The notes under the pieces are model-generated. The model worked only from the letters and a program-made list of their open reading frames with translations, ran no database searches and had not been told where the DNA came from. A program made the translations under genes and the position numbers. Positions 51,660 to 63,549 of a stretch of DNA of 64,000 nt are shown here, in pieces. The stretch spans positions 39,434,001-39,498,000 of the forward strand of contig NC_087447.1 in assembly GCF_036321535.1 (NCBI RefSeq), written 5' to 3'. Source of the stretch: Camelus dromedarius (lineage: Eukaryota). The stretch's first letter is position 1; every line of letters starts with the position of its first letter.

Positions 51660-52510
51660 AATAAAACATCACTCAAACAGAGTTTAATTTCCTGCACCAT
51701 CTTTCTTCAAACCTCCTCTTCTTCCTGTATTCTCTGCCTCTGTGAATAGCCATCCATTTTCCAGATCAGAAACCTGGTCATCATCCCTGAGTCCTCTCTT
51801 TGCACATCCAAGCCAACACCAAGCCAGTCTACTCCACCTCCTCTGTGTCCCATCAGTCTATTATCTCTTTATTCCAACGATTACTGCCATTATTCAGGCA
51901 TCCACCTAGATCTTAGCTGCATTAGGAATCAGCCTCCCGACACAACTTTACACTTTCTGGTTTTGTACACACAAGCCATCAGCCATCATCCACACTCTAG
52001 CCCAAATCATGATTCAAGGAGACAAATGAGCTTATGTCAGGTTTCTGCCTTTGAACCTCCAATGTCTTCTCACTTGTCTTAAGATTAAGTCTAACATCTT
52101 CATCATGGCACACAAGGTCCACAGGGTCAAGCCCCTACCTACCTCACCAGCCTCCTCTCTCCCTACTTTCCTCTGGGTTTGTGCTGTCTTCCTCTGCACT
52201 TGGCATTTTCTGATCCCTCCCTTCCCCACTTTAACTTGGTCAGCTCCAGCCAGCCCTTCAAGTCTCAGCTTACACATCGCTGCTCCCAGTGTCCCTGGCT
52301 TCCACAATCTGGGTTAGACGCTTCCTTCACTTTCCCATGGGAGCCACAGCATTTACCCACACTGTATTGTCTCCTTGCTGTCTCTCCTTTACCTCCACAC
52401 TCTGTACTCAGTGAGCTCCGTGAGGGTCTGGAGTGTATCCTGTTCATCACTTTGCCTCCAGTTCCTGAGCCAGTGGATACTCGTGAGTTTGCTGAATCAA
52501 TGAATCCTTA
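51660..52510 (+). mobile_element. L2
   Basis: cagaaacctggtcatcatccctgagtcctc...aacctccaatgtcttctcact...gagctccgtgagggt...ttgctgaatcaatgaat. Confidence 0.7.
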
Positions 52511-52776
52511 CACTCACCTCTCCCAACTCCCCCTTTCCCTGCCACCATAGCTGGGGAGACACCAGTAAAACAGCCAGCATAGGTCAGTGTTATAAGGACC
52601 TTAATGGAGCTGTGTATAAAGTACCCTGGGAGCAAGGAGGAGGGAGCCACGGCAGCTTCAGATGTCTCAATGGACTGTATGGCAGAAATATGTTAGGGAT
52701 GTTAACTGTTTGAAAAACAGCAAATGGAAAGAGCACCCCAACTTCCAGCCCTTAAGCTTAACTCATAACTCTAGAC

Positions 52777-53071
52777 CAGTGGTCCCCATTCTCTTTCCAC
52801 ATGAGGACCCCTTCTAGTATCAAAAAGTTTAGATATCTCCATGTAATAGTAGTTGGGTGTAGAGAATCCTAAACTCCTCTTGCTTCAGTAAGGATTTTAT
52901 GAGTCTGATTGTATTCATTACAATGCCATCTGCAAAGATTCAAAAGTTAGCAGCATATGAATGTGAAAAGTGGTTTGTTAGGCCTGCAGACTGCCTGCTG
53001 TGGGTATAGGTTTGTGGACTCCCTGTAAAAACTCCACAGCGCCCCCAGGAGCCAGGGGTTTAGACTCACTG
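52777..53071. mobile_element. Possible hAT-Charlie MITE
   Basis: CAGTG...CACTG termini preceded by ctctagac (Charlie target consensus NTCTAGAN). The right TSD is not matched. Confidence 0.45.
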
Positions 53072-53559
53072 ACGCTGCGGTAGCTGCCCTTTAGGCCTCT
53101 CAGTGACCCTTTTCCCCTGGATCTGGACCCACTCAGGAAACTCCCTGATGTGGAAGACAGATATGGTTGGAAAATGAGTAACTGCTAACACCTTCACAAC
53201 TAAGCATTTCTATCCAGGCATTAAGAGATTAGTTCAAAGCTATAAAACTATTTCAACACAGGGTGAACAGATTAAATACTTTCCTTTAAGCAATCAAAGA
53301 CTCACTCTAATATAAAGCCTGCTTTGCTCCCTCATGATGAGATGAGAAGATCATCTGTCCTAGAGACCGTGGGTCAGTTTGTTATCTCTTGAGGCAGGCA
53401 GGTTGGCTGGGTCGGGGTCATGCTGAACCTGCTGCAGTGATGCAAGCGCAACCTTCACTCCCCACTTTTAGGTCCTATTTTCAGCAGCTATGTTCAACCA
53501 GGACACAAGAAAACAATCTCCCACAGTACTCTGCTCATACCTTAACTGTGACAATTTAT

Positions 53560-55420
53560 TCATTTGTTTTAGTTAATAAAGTTATATGTATTTATTTAAA
53601 AAGTCAAATGACACACAAGTTTATTAAAAAAAAGTTTCTCCATAAATAAATAAGCTACAAGGAAAAAAAATAGTTTCTCATATCACCCCCGATCCCCCTT
53701 CCCAAAGATAACCACAGATAATGGTGAAACAGTCTTTTGTTCTGTTTATTTTTTTAAAAAATAACCACACATATTGTTCTACAACCTGATTTTTTCCTTC
53801 TTTTTCTCTTTTGCAATTTTTTTCATTTTCTATGATGAAAATATTCAAACCAGCACACAAACACAGCGTACATAATGAATCCCCAGCTTCAACAAGTATC
53901 AACCAAGTTGTCAATTTTGTATTGTTTAGTTTATCTCTCCTCTGTGTCCATTTTCTTCTCTGAAATATTCCAGAAAATCTTAGACATTACATTATTTCAT
54001 AATAATATTTTATTTTGTATTTCTAACAGGTAAAATCTTTTAAAAACAATCATTTTGCCATTTTCATATCTAAAAATGTAGAATTTATAACCTTTAGTTT
54101 GAATTACGAGCTAAATAAAGTCCACTATAGCTCTTAGTCTCTTTTAATCTATAATAGTTCTAATACTTACATCTCCACTCTCTCTTTTAGGCTATTTATA
54201 GATGGGCTTTTGTCCTGAGGAATTTCCCACAATCTGAATTTGGCTATTACATACTCTGAATATCATTCCACATGTTCTTCTCTTCTCCCTGTTTCTTATA
54301 ATCTCCTCAATAGAACTAGACTCTTGACTAGATTCAGACTTAGTCACTTGGGGGGGAATATTTGGTAGATGGAGCTGAATGCTCTCTATTTTATCATACC
54401 AGGAAGTACATCATGATTGGACATTCCATGGATGTCAGTGTTGTCAACTGATCCATCCACTATAAAGTTTCCCATTAACCTGACACCTGCTCATTTTAAT
54501 ATCATCAGTGATCTCTACTTAGAAGGATCAATTTGTTAAAGGTTGCATAAGGGTAATTTTCTAATTCTACCATTCCTTCTGCATGTTAGCTGAAATAGTT
54601 TTGTAAAGAAAAACTTCCCCTCATCAACTGTTTGATACCTTAGGAAACACAGTGTGTACAAGAAAGATAGAATAAATGTTCTCTGTAATACTAATTTCTA
54701 GAATAACAACTTGGTATCCTAGCAACCTCATATTAATCAAAGGTGATTAGTGGGCTAATTTTTTTTGTAGTATCATTGCGAACTCCTAGATTTTTATATT
54801 TTTGATGTGTTTTAATCCATTGCAGTTGTTATTCTCATTGAAATTCATATTTTCCTGTCTTTCACCATTGAAGCCCCTTCAGGTTGCCCCTGAGTTTACA
54901 TAAAATCACAAAGTCTTTAATAGTTTTCTTGCTTTCTAGTACATAAGATGTAGTAAGTCCATTTTATCTATTTCTTGCCATGAGTTTGGAATCAGCCATT
55001 ACGTCAAGGAGCCTTTACAGGGGCGGCATTGGTATAGCTCAGTGGCAGAGTGTGTGCTTAGCATGCATGAGGTCCTGGGTTCATTCCCCAGTACCTCCAT
55101 TTTAAAAAAAAAGGAGTCTTTATCTTTCTAATAGGAAATGGTATTGAGATACCACAATCTAGGTGCTAGCAGTACTCGTTGCTACTGGGCAGTAATTGAT
55201 TCCACAACTTTTCCATAGACAAAGCTAAGAAATGCGTAATTTTTAGAACTATAAAAAAAAAAAGTAATGAGTTTATACTATTTCCACTTCCTTGTTTTTT
55301 AATTTAACAATTTATTATAGATGTTTTTCATGTCATCAATGCAGATCTAATTATTTCAGTAGGTATATAATATAATGATATGATTATAACATAGCTTATA
55401 TAACCAGTCTCCTCTTTAAC
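53560..55420 (-). mobile_element. L1ME/L1MC4-5-like 3' regions (nested), hosting a SINE
   Basis: atgaaaatattcaaac...cataatgaatcccc; gaatttcccacaatctgaatttggct; ggaatcagccatt..tcaaggagcc; gagataccacaatctaggtgctag. Confidence 0.75.
55018..55110 (+). mobile_element. tRNA-Ala-derived camelid SINE (short form) with 12-bp TSD
   Basis: ggtatagctcagtggcagagtgtgtgcttagcatgcatgaggtcctgggttcattccccagtacctcca plus A tail. TSD AAGGAGCCTTTA (55006-55017) / AAGGAGTCTTTA (55111-55122). Confidence 0.93.
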
Positions 55421-55579
55421 AAAAGTATTAATTCAAAAGGGCTTAATAAATTTAAAATCCCAATACCAGTGTCTTTGAGAGTATTTTTAATGATTTAATG
55501 CTACCTGTTTTACTGATCCCTCTTTTGCAGGTCTAAACCCTAGGCCTGGTACATAGCAGGAACTTAATATTTGTTGACT

Positions 55580-55872
55580 TGGATTGAGCAAGCCAAAGCC
55601 CACAGAAGAAGATGTGAAAAAGAAAAAGTCTAGTCTAACAACTCAGTAACAACTCCCAGGGACCTTTGGGAAAGCTCTCTGCCTCTGGTCCAAAGAAGAT
55701 GACAGACTCATGAAGTAGGCCTAAGCCCAACCCACAGACTGAAGCCAAATTCAGTGGAAACTAGCCTATATCAGCTAACCCCCAGCTGACTCACAGATGC
55801 ATGAGTGGGAATAATTGATGATCATTTTAAGCCACATTGAATTTGGGAGTGATTTGTTGTGCTTTATTATTA
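55580..55872 (+). mobile_element. MLT1 (H/J-like) LTR, 3' part
   Basis: tagcctatatcagctaaccccagctgactcacagatgcatgag...ttttaagccacattgaatttggg...atttgtt. Confidence 0.65.
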
Positions 55873-55874
55873 TC

Positions 55875-58130
55875 ATATTCTTGGAAAGGATGACTTAACA
55901 TCAGAAAGATATCAATTCTGCTCAAGAAGAATGTATGTATCTAATATAATCCCAATAAAATATACTGAGAAAGGTTATTATTAGCTACATAAGATTTTCT
56001 ATAACTAAAATTAAAGATGATACCAAGATGAAAAGGGAGAGAGAGCAGAGAAGTGGGAGTAGTGTGTTAAGATTCTTGCCTTGCTCAGGGGCAAACGTAG
56101 CATTTATAAGTTTAAACAGTGGTCAGGAAAAATAAGCAAAAGTATGGCTCTTTGTAAGTCTGGCGAAATATAAGAACAAAATTAAATGTATAACTTTGAA
56201 ATCGGCCAAGGAAAATGCTATCCATCCAATGAAAGAAGAAAGAGGAAAAAAATCTTGTTAAGTGACTTCAGTGGAAATTACAGAGAAAGGACCTCCAAAA
56301 GACCACCTGTCAATTAAAGTAAAAAGAATACTGCCAAAAAATTGTCAAAGACCTAAATTTAAGAGCTAAAACTATAAAACTATTAGAAAAAAACAGAGAA
56401 AACGCTTCATGACATTGGATTTTTAATAATTTCTTAGATACAACACCATAAAAGCAAACGCAACAGCAACAAAAAATAGGTAAGTTGGACTTCATCAGAA
56501 TTTTTAAAAAGTTTTATGCACATTAAGAAAGGCAATAAATGAAATGGAAGAAAATATTTACAAATCATATATCTGATAAGAGATTAAGATTCAGAATATA
56601 TAAAGAACTCCTACAACTCACCACCACCACCACTAAAAACAATACAATTCAAAGTGGGCAAAGGACTTAAAAAGACATTTCTCTGAAGAGGATAATACAG
56701 GCTGCCAGGGGCTGAGGAGAGGAGTGAATATAAAGTTATTATTTGAAGGATATGAAGTTTCTGTTTGGGATGATAAAAAAAGTTCTGGAAATGGGTAACA
56801 GTAATGGCTGCACAATATCGTGAATGTAATTAATGCCACTGAACTGTACACTTAAAGAGTTAAAATGGTAAATTTTATGTTATCTGTATTTTACCACTAA
56901 AAAAATTTACCAATAAAAAATGAAAAGAAAACAACAATATATTTCCTCACTCTTTCCACTAAAAATATCTAAAAGTAATCACCAACCCAGTGGCAGTTAG
57001 CACCCCCTGTACACCCAAAAAGATGAACAAAGAAGGAAAAACTCAGTCACCTTTGGAGAATGCTAGGGAACAGCAACATTATTTTGAACATTGGTCAATA
57101 AAAATAAAAGGTAAGAATGTTGCTTTTATCCTGTATTTCAGGATAATCAGGATTTAAACTCTTTTTCAGGGTGACATTTGATAAAGAGGAATCTTTCTGT
57201 AGAAGTAGTATAGTTAATCAATCACAAAGGAATGAGGGTGGGAGAGGAGGGGTAAGGGAGGGAAGGAAAATGAAAGACAGAGAGAAAGTATGAGTCTAAA
57301 GGGGAAAAAATATAGAATCATACCTTTGTGACTTTGTTTCTTAAACAAGAACCCTAAACCACAAACCATGAGGGAGGGATGGGGGTGCTAAATTTGACTA
57401 TATTAAAAAAAAAAAAGACATTTTTCAACAACAGATACCATAGACACAGTTAGAGATGAAAAACAAATTAAAGTAAGATATTTCCACTTGCTGTAAGGTT
57501 AACATTCAGAACGCTTACAGGGTTCCTGCAAATCTTCTGGAAAGGGGAGATCCCCAAAAATGGTTGATTGTTACCAACAGGCAGTGAACAAAAGAGGAAA
57601 TCAAAGGATAATAGGCATATGAAGGTCAGTTTCACTGGGATTCAGAAAGAAATGAAAAGTAAAGCAAATAAATAAAATAAATTTAAAAAAAAACTTGTAA
57701 ATGGTAAAAAGTTGGATAATATCAAGTGCTGGTGAGGCTATGGGGAAAATGGGAATCTTTACTGCTACTAAGAGCCTGACCTGGTATAGCCACTTGGGAG
57801 AGCAATCGAGCCATTCAGCACTCAGACTTCTGGGTTTTAAACCTCAGACAAACTCTCATATATGTCCCCTAATCTCTGTGTTCACTGCAACATTGTTTGA
57901 GGACTTGGTAATAACCTAGGTGTCCCTCACTAAGGAAATGTATTAAGTGATGGAATATCATGCAGGTCAGAAAATTATGAACTAGATTTACATACTGCAG
58001 TATGGAGTGCTCACATAAATGTCATATAAAAAACAGAAATATAATGAGCTTTATAGCTCAGTAAATGTCATGTATATTAAACATAAGCACACAGACTGTT
58101 CCATTCTACTTTTCAAGGATACTTACATAT
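55875..58130 (+). mobile_element. Mosaic of old L1M fragments (L1ME plus L1MB ~56335-56915)
   Basis: aaagacctaaatttaagagctaaaactataaaacta...; aaaagttctggaaatgg...gtaattaatgccactgaactgtacactt; ggataatatcaagtgctggtgagg. Confidence 0.75.
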
Positions 58131-58169
58131 ACATGAGCAAATGGATTGTGCCAGTACATTGCTCAACTT

Positions 58170-58277
58170 CAGGGTTACCATTCACACAGTTTCCTATGTG
58201 AATGGTGCCCTCTGCTGCACAGTTCCAGAATACAGCATGAATGGTGCCCCCTGGAGGTGTGCAACATGACAGCCCTG
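58170..58277. mobile_element. hAT-Tip100 MITE (MER91-like) carrying CTCF-like motifs
   Basis: CAGGG...CCCTG termini; ccattcaca...tgtgaatggtgccc...ccctggaggtgtgca. Confidence 0.7.
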
Positions 58278-58429
58278 AGTACGCAAGACGGTTTGGAAGG
58301 TCATAGACTACATATGCTAAAATAAGTGTCTATGGTGGGAGGAAGAAGAGGAATGAGAGTGGGATGAGGAAGGAAGGGGAACATGAAGTAAAATAAAACA
58401 AAAGAGGGACCTTGCATAAACTGAGGATG

Positions 58430-58700
58430 GCAGAGTAACCTGAATCAAAAAAGAGAATCCACTCAATTCTGTGGTCTTAAGGTGGGAAAGGATGGGCCTC
58501 AAAGAGGGGTCTTGAGCTGGATAACCAACAATCTTATAAATCCTGCTAAGAAATGTGGATTTTATCCTAAAAGCTATGGGGAATCCTGGAGGTGTCTGAA
58601 ACAGGAAAAATCTGCATGGGATTGGATGAGAGGGGAAGAGGCTGGGACAGCGGTCCTTCAAAGTGATCCATGCAGTGGACTCAGACTGGACACAGAGACA
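58430..58700 (-). mobile_element. L2 fragment
   Basis: tgctaagaaatgtggattttatcctaaaagctatggggaatcctggagg. Confidence 0.55.
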
Positions 58701-59309
58701 CCCTATATCAGATGTGCATGCTCAACTCCATAGGCACAGGGATCTTTGGAAGGCCCAGCACTCCCTCCCTTTACCCTTCCCTGATCCTCAGGTACCACAG
58801 GCTCAACCAGGAACAAGGCCTGGTTAAAAGTGCTGGGGACAGTTTCAGGGCAGTCATGGTTGGTACCACCTTCCATATGTGATTGTGAATAGGGCATAGC
58901 TGTAGGCCCTGATGCCTGGGTATTCCAGGTTGTTGCCCAACTATGCACCTGTGCCCTTGGGGCATTCAGTCAAAACCTCCATGCTGATACAGCGGGTATT
59001 AATTTTCTGTGAGAAACTTTTTCATTGGCAAAGTGTTCACCTCTCTCAGACAAATGCAGTTGTATACATAGGAATTTTTCCTCCTTTGTCTCTTCCTAAA
59101 TCCTCACCTGGTATTTACTGGCCCTATGGTTTTGGAAAAAAAAAATCACTCCACCTCCCTAGTAGAAATACTTGGAGGAGACTTGATAATCTCTAAGCCC
59201 AATTCCACCCTTCCAATGCTAACACTCTGGGGCCTGTGAGAAGTCTTTCTTCTGAGCATACAGAACACTTTGTGGGTACAATGTGCCTGGTGCGATATAG
59301 AAAAAATGG

Positions 59310-59500
59310 GTACAGGTTTCAGTAAGGCTCAAGTTAGACTCTTGTATCTGCTACGTACCAGCTGGGTGGCCTTAGCTTCTTTATCTATAAAAATTGGAGG
59401 TTAAAACGTTCTCTCTCACAAGACGAATGCAGGGAAAATGCATGTGAAAATACTCAGCATGAGGAGCTGGCATTTGGAAAGTGCTCAAGGGAAGAGAATT
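59310..59500 (+). mobile_element. MIR SINE
   Basis: tctgctacgtaccagctgggtggcctt...tatctataaaa...atgcatgtgaaaatactcagca...aagtgctcaa. Confidence 0.6.
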
Positions 59501-60508
59501 CCTCTTCATTGTCCTTCATTTCTGTTTAGGAGAACAGGTTTCACAAAAACTTTCACACTGAACATTTCACAAATTGCCATGATCCAATTTTCCTATTTCA
59601 AGAATTTAAAGGTGAACTCAGGTGTAGTGTAATACGTAGAAAGAAAGGCCTAGAAAAATCTAAACTTTAGAGGCTGTACTAAACAAGTAAGCTTATGTAT
59701 TTACTTTATTTTGACTTAATTTTTGATAGGGGTGGGTAGGGAGAAGCCCCAAATCAAATGCATTTTATGACATCACCATCTAAGAATAACCTTTTCTACT
59801 GGACTCAAAATGAAAAAAAGATAATGAATATTTTCTTTTTATAAATCTGAGTCTCCTATTTGCTAGTCCTCTTAATCTCACTCATGTAGTTTTTGGTCCT
59901 CTTGCTGAGAATGGATTACTGTCCAACTCTGATATGAGACAAGACTCCTCTTAATAAGCAGAGCTCAGGGAAGATAAGAAAGTGGAGAGAAGAGAAAGCA
60001 CCATGTTGTCTTAACACTTCTGGTTGGATGACCTGCCCTTCAGGTCATATATATAAATTTTAATTCAGTGGTTGCCAGCCCTGTGTTCCTGGGGCCACAA
60101 TAAATTAAGTTTGGTTAAAATACTTTCTTAATAAAATATAATATTTAATGAAAGCCAAGCTGTAGTGAAATAGGCACTGTTAGGCATAGCAGACTATAAA
60201 TTAGACAAAATTTACCTAAAAACAACTTGGCAATTAAGACTTTAAATGTTTGTGCTCTTTGACCTAGGAATTCTCTTTCTGGGAATTTATCTTATTGGTG
60301 GGGAGGGGGTGTCTAATTAAACAGATATGCACGCAAAGAAGCTTATCACAGTGTTTATTTTATAATAGTTAAAAAAACAATACTGGGAACAGCCTAATAA
60401 CATGAGCTTTTGGTGATGAGATTTTCAGTGACTTTTTTTCCTTCTCACTTATGTTATTTTCAGGTCCATCATAAAGACTACAGAATATAAGTTTTCTAAT
60501 CTGCAAAC

Positions 60509-60571
<63 letters not shown>
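60509..60571. repeat. Perfect (CAT)21 trinucleotide microsatellite
   Basis: Direct read, 63 bp. Confidence 0.98.
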
Positions 60572-61291
60572 GTTTTATAAGAAGGTAAACAGATAGAGAC
60601 GCCAAATGAAATCTTTTGGTTTTGGGAGATGGCCGAGAATGGGTTCATTAAGATAAAAGATACAATAAATTCTATCAGGTTCAAAAAAGGACGGGGCTGG
60701 TTGGTGAGGCAACTTCTCCATCTCATACTCTCCTCCACACACCTGCTGGTTCCTCCCCAGGATTTCCATTAGGCTTGGAGAACAGGAGAGGAGGTAGTTT
60801 TCCCAGGGACCCTGAAATCCTGGTGGTCATGCCTTCACTGCCATGCATTCATTCACATTCTTAGTGCCATGGTGATTATTTTTAAAGTGAATGAAATTTT
60901 AAGAATATTTAGCATTTATTAGGCACTTTCTAGGCCCAAGCACTGTTTGGATACTTTTTATCTCCATAGTTCACCTTTTCTCAAGCTTGAAAAAGTTCTG
61001 AGTAAAAGGAACTATTGTTTCCTTTCTTTTTCCCCCACCCTGTTCTCCTTTCTCCTACCCACACAGAACGTGCCTTTGGGGGATATAATTGATTTGGATG
61101 AAAGGAAAAAACATAGGCAGACTGGGCCACCCTTTGTTCTGAACAAAGCCTCCTTCCCTGCCCGATGAGCTGACAGGAGAAACATCTTCAGGTGGCCAGG
61201 ACAGGAAGGTTCTGGAAAGAGGGCACCAGAAAATCCTGCAGGCCTTCTCCCTGTGATGTGGCTTATTCGCTTTACAGGCTTCAGGCATATT

Positions 61292-61305
61292 TGCTGACGT
61301 CAGCA
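61292..61305. promoter_or_regulatory. Perfect C-MARE palindrome TGCTGACGTCAGCA (contains CRE TGACGTCA)
   Basis: Exact 14-bp match to the CRE-type Maf recognition element, in repeat-free CpG-retaining DNA downstream of RASSF10. Confidence 0.6.
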
Positions 61306-62519
61306 GCTCGTCAAAGTTTAAAATAATAGTGAAAAGGAAAACAGCCCCTTTCTGCCAGGCAGGCCTGTTCTGCCAACTTCTGTGTTCTCTTTTGAGTTAA
61401 TAAACGTCCAAGAACCACCTCCCTTACCACCCTGGAGGGGAAAAAAAAGAACAATAATTTTAAAACCACCAGGTCAGCCCATTGCCAGCATAAACCATTC
61501 AGACAAGTAGCGTTTGTCACACTCTAATGAGGATTTTTACCTCTGCCTCCAAAAGAAAGCTATCATTAGGCTTTGTGTTTATGGGATCAAATGATTGTCT
61601 AGGGACAGTGGGTTTCTTCTGGTCCCTTCCTCATTTTAATCATGCTCAAGACCAAATGCATAGATGTTTTCTGCGTCAGACGAAACTAAAAAACCATAAT
61701 TATGCCAGCTAATGTCTTTGGAAAACATCAATTAAGAAAACGGCCTTTTAATTCCCATTTTACTTGAAAATCTGAAAATATCTACACGTTGTAATAGCAT
61801 GGCAGTGGTGGAGGGTGGAGGAGGGCGGTCTCTAAAAAGCTCAAGTGGTTTGAGGAGGTCGGGTGGGCAGGCCCCTCTTGGCAACAAGCAGACAATCTCT
61901 CCAAGGAAAGAAATTTCTCTATAAAGCAAGACCTCTTTCGTTATCTTCCTATGTAGTGTCGAAACTGGAGCCAACCCCTGCACAGTTAGGTTGATACCAG
62001 GCTGGCACGGCACACACACCCCATTGTTAATACCTCCTCAGGACAGATTAAATCCCACATTCCTCAGAAGTTCTGAGCTCCAAGCTCCGGAGGGAACACC
62101 GCCAGCAGGTTCCTTCCATGGGGCAACAACTAGCTACAACTGATAAGTTTTCATTGAAATAACTGGAACAATTACACTGAGTCCCCACAGGGTTCTGTCA
62201 CTAGCTATTAAGAGAAAGGCGTTGCACTTGCATGCTGTGGTGTCTGCAAAGGTGCGAGCCAGACAAGAGTAATTCAAGTCAAGTCTTTAGCTCAATTTTA
62301 TATGCTTTTATCTATGGCTACGTGCCGTTGTTAACCAAATTCTTCACCCAAGGTGTACAATTAGATTGTTTTATTTCATGTTTTCTTTTCAGCTCTTATC
62401 TAGTAAACCTTGATATTTACACTATCTCTCAGTTTAAGTTTGGACAAGTAACTAATTAATCTCTGACTAAAGGTACTGAAGTTAGACTTGGGTTTGTTTG
62501 GTAAAATCTGTTGAGGTCA

Positions 62520-63549
62520 CTGTTGGTTTTAATCATGTAGTTTATTTAGTTAAAAAGCTGAACACTAACAAAGATACTTGCTTTGAAGGCTTAGTTTCAA
62601 CCAAGTGCTCATTAAACAGCCACTGTAGTTGTACTTGAATTCTGCAATTTCCCTTTTATTTTTTTTCTGAAGTAACAGTGACTGAAGGGATGAAATGGCA
62701 GTAAGAATAAAAGGACAACACACATACCTTTGCAGGAGCAAATCGCAAAGGGTCTAGATTAAATTTTAACCAGGGGTTATGTCTACCACAATTCTATCTC
62801 AAAGGGTTAGGTTTGGCTTTTGTAAAAATAAAAGATGATTTTAGGAAAAGGACTCTATTTTAACATACACTGTATTTTCTAGGAGGAAATACGGAGTTAG
62901 TCTTTGAATGAAAATAAAAGGCAAAGAGTTTAGCAGATGGGTAATTCCCGAATCTGTAGAAATGTAAACAGCCAGGATTTTGGTGCCTATGGGTTTTATC
63001 AAAGATGTAAGTAAGGCTGAGACCAACACCAGTGCGTCCTCTTTGGCTAGTTTTAACACGTTCACAGTCACAATCAACATTCAAGGAATTTCCTTTTCAT
63101 CCAAGTGTTTCTTTAAAAAGCACTTTCTGCACAAACTAAAGTTCTAGCTGCCATCAGTCTTTCCCATACAGAAGATTGGTGAAATTTCCATAATACTTTT
63201 TTTCTGTTTTTGAAAATGGGCTTGGACCACGTCAATTTCCTGGAGCGTTTATTTTCCAGTATAGGGGGTTCTTACCTCCTCCCTCCTTTCTCCCCCTAAA
63301 AGAGCTTGTAATAAGAGACCGGGCTTCCTGGTCCCGCACCCTCCTCCACATTCACTCCGCGGCCAGAGGAGCACCGCTGCGGGGAAGGCGTCCCCAGCCC
63401 TCCCAGGCCCAGTCAGAGGGCTGCTGCCCGGCAGGAGCGGCAGGAACACCCCTACCCCCACCCCCGTCGCCTGGTTTCAAGTCCCTGAGCCGGCAAAGCC
63501 GGTGCTTTCCACAAGGAAGGGAGAAGCATCCTCTCCCACCCTGCTGCTC
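62520..63549 (-). other. RASSF10: Probable RASSF10 3' UTR (~1 kb)
   Basis: Repeat-free sequence downstream of the stop, GC-rich proximally and AT-rich distally, ending near minus-strand AATAAA (62541-62546) and ATTAAA (62528-62533). The endpoint is inferred. Confidence 0.6.
62541..62546 (-). terminator. Candidate polyadenylation signal AATAAA for RASSF10
   Basis: TTTATT on + strand. Alternative hexamers at 63248-63253, 62655-62660 and 62370-62375. Confidence 0.45.

Noticed and set aside
55025..55099. Functional tRNA-Ala(AGC) gene
   Set aside because: The poly(A) tail, TSD, CpG-to-TpG decay in the anticodon stem, altered T-loop and disrupted 5' end indicate a SINE copy. The same applies to 8255-8328.
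60369..60605. Poly-aspartate 78-aa ORF
   Set aside because: Translation artefact of the (CAT)21 microsatellite.
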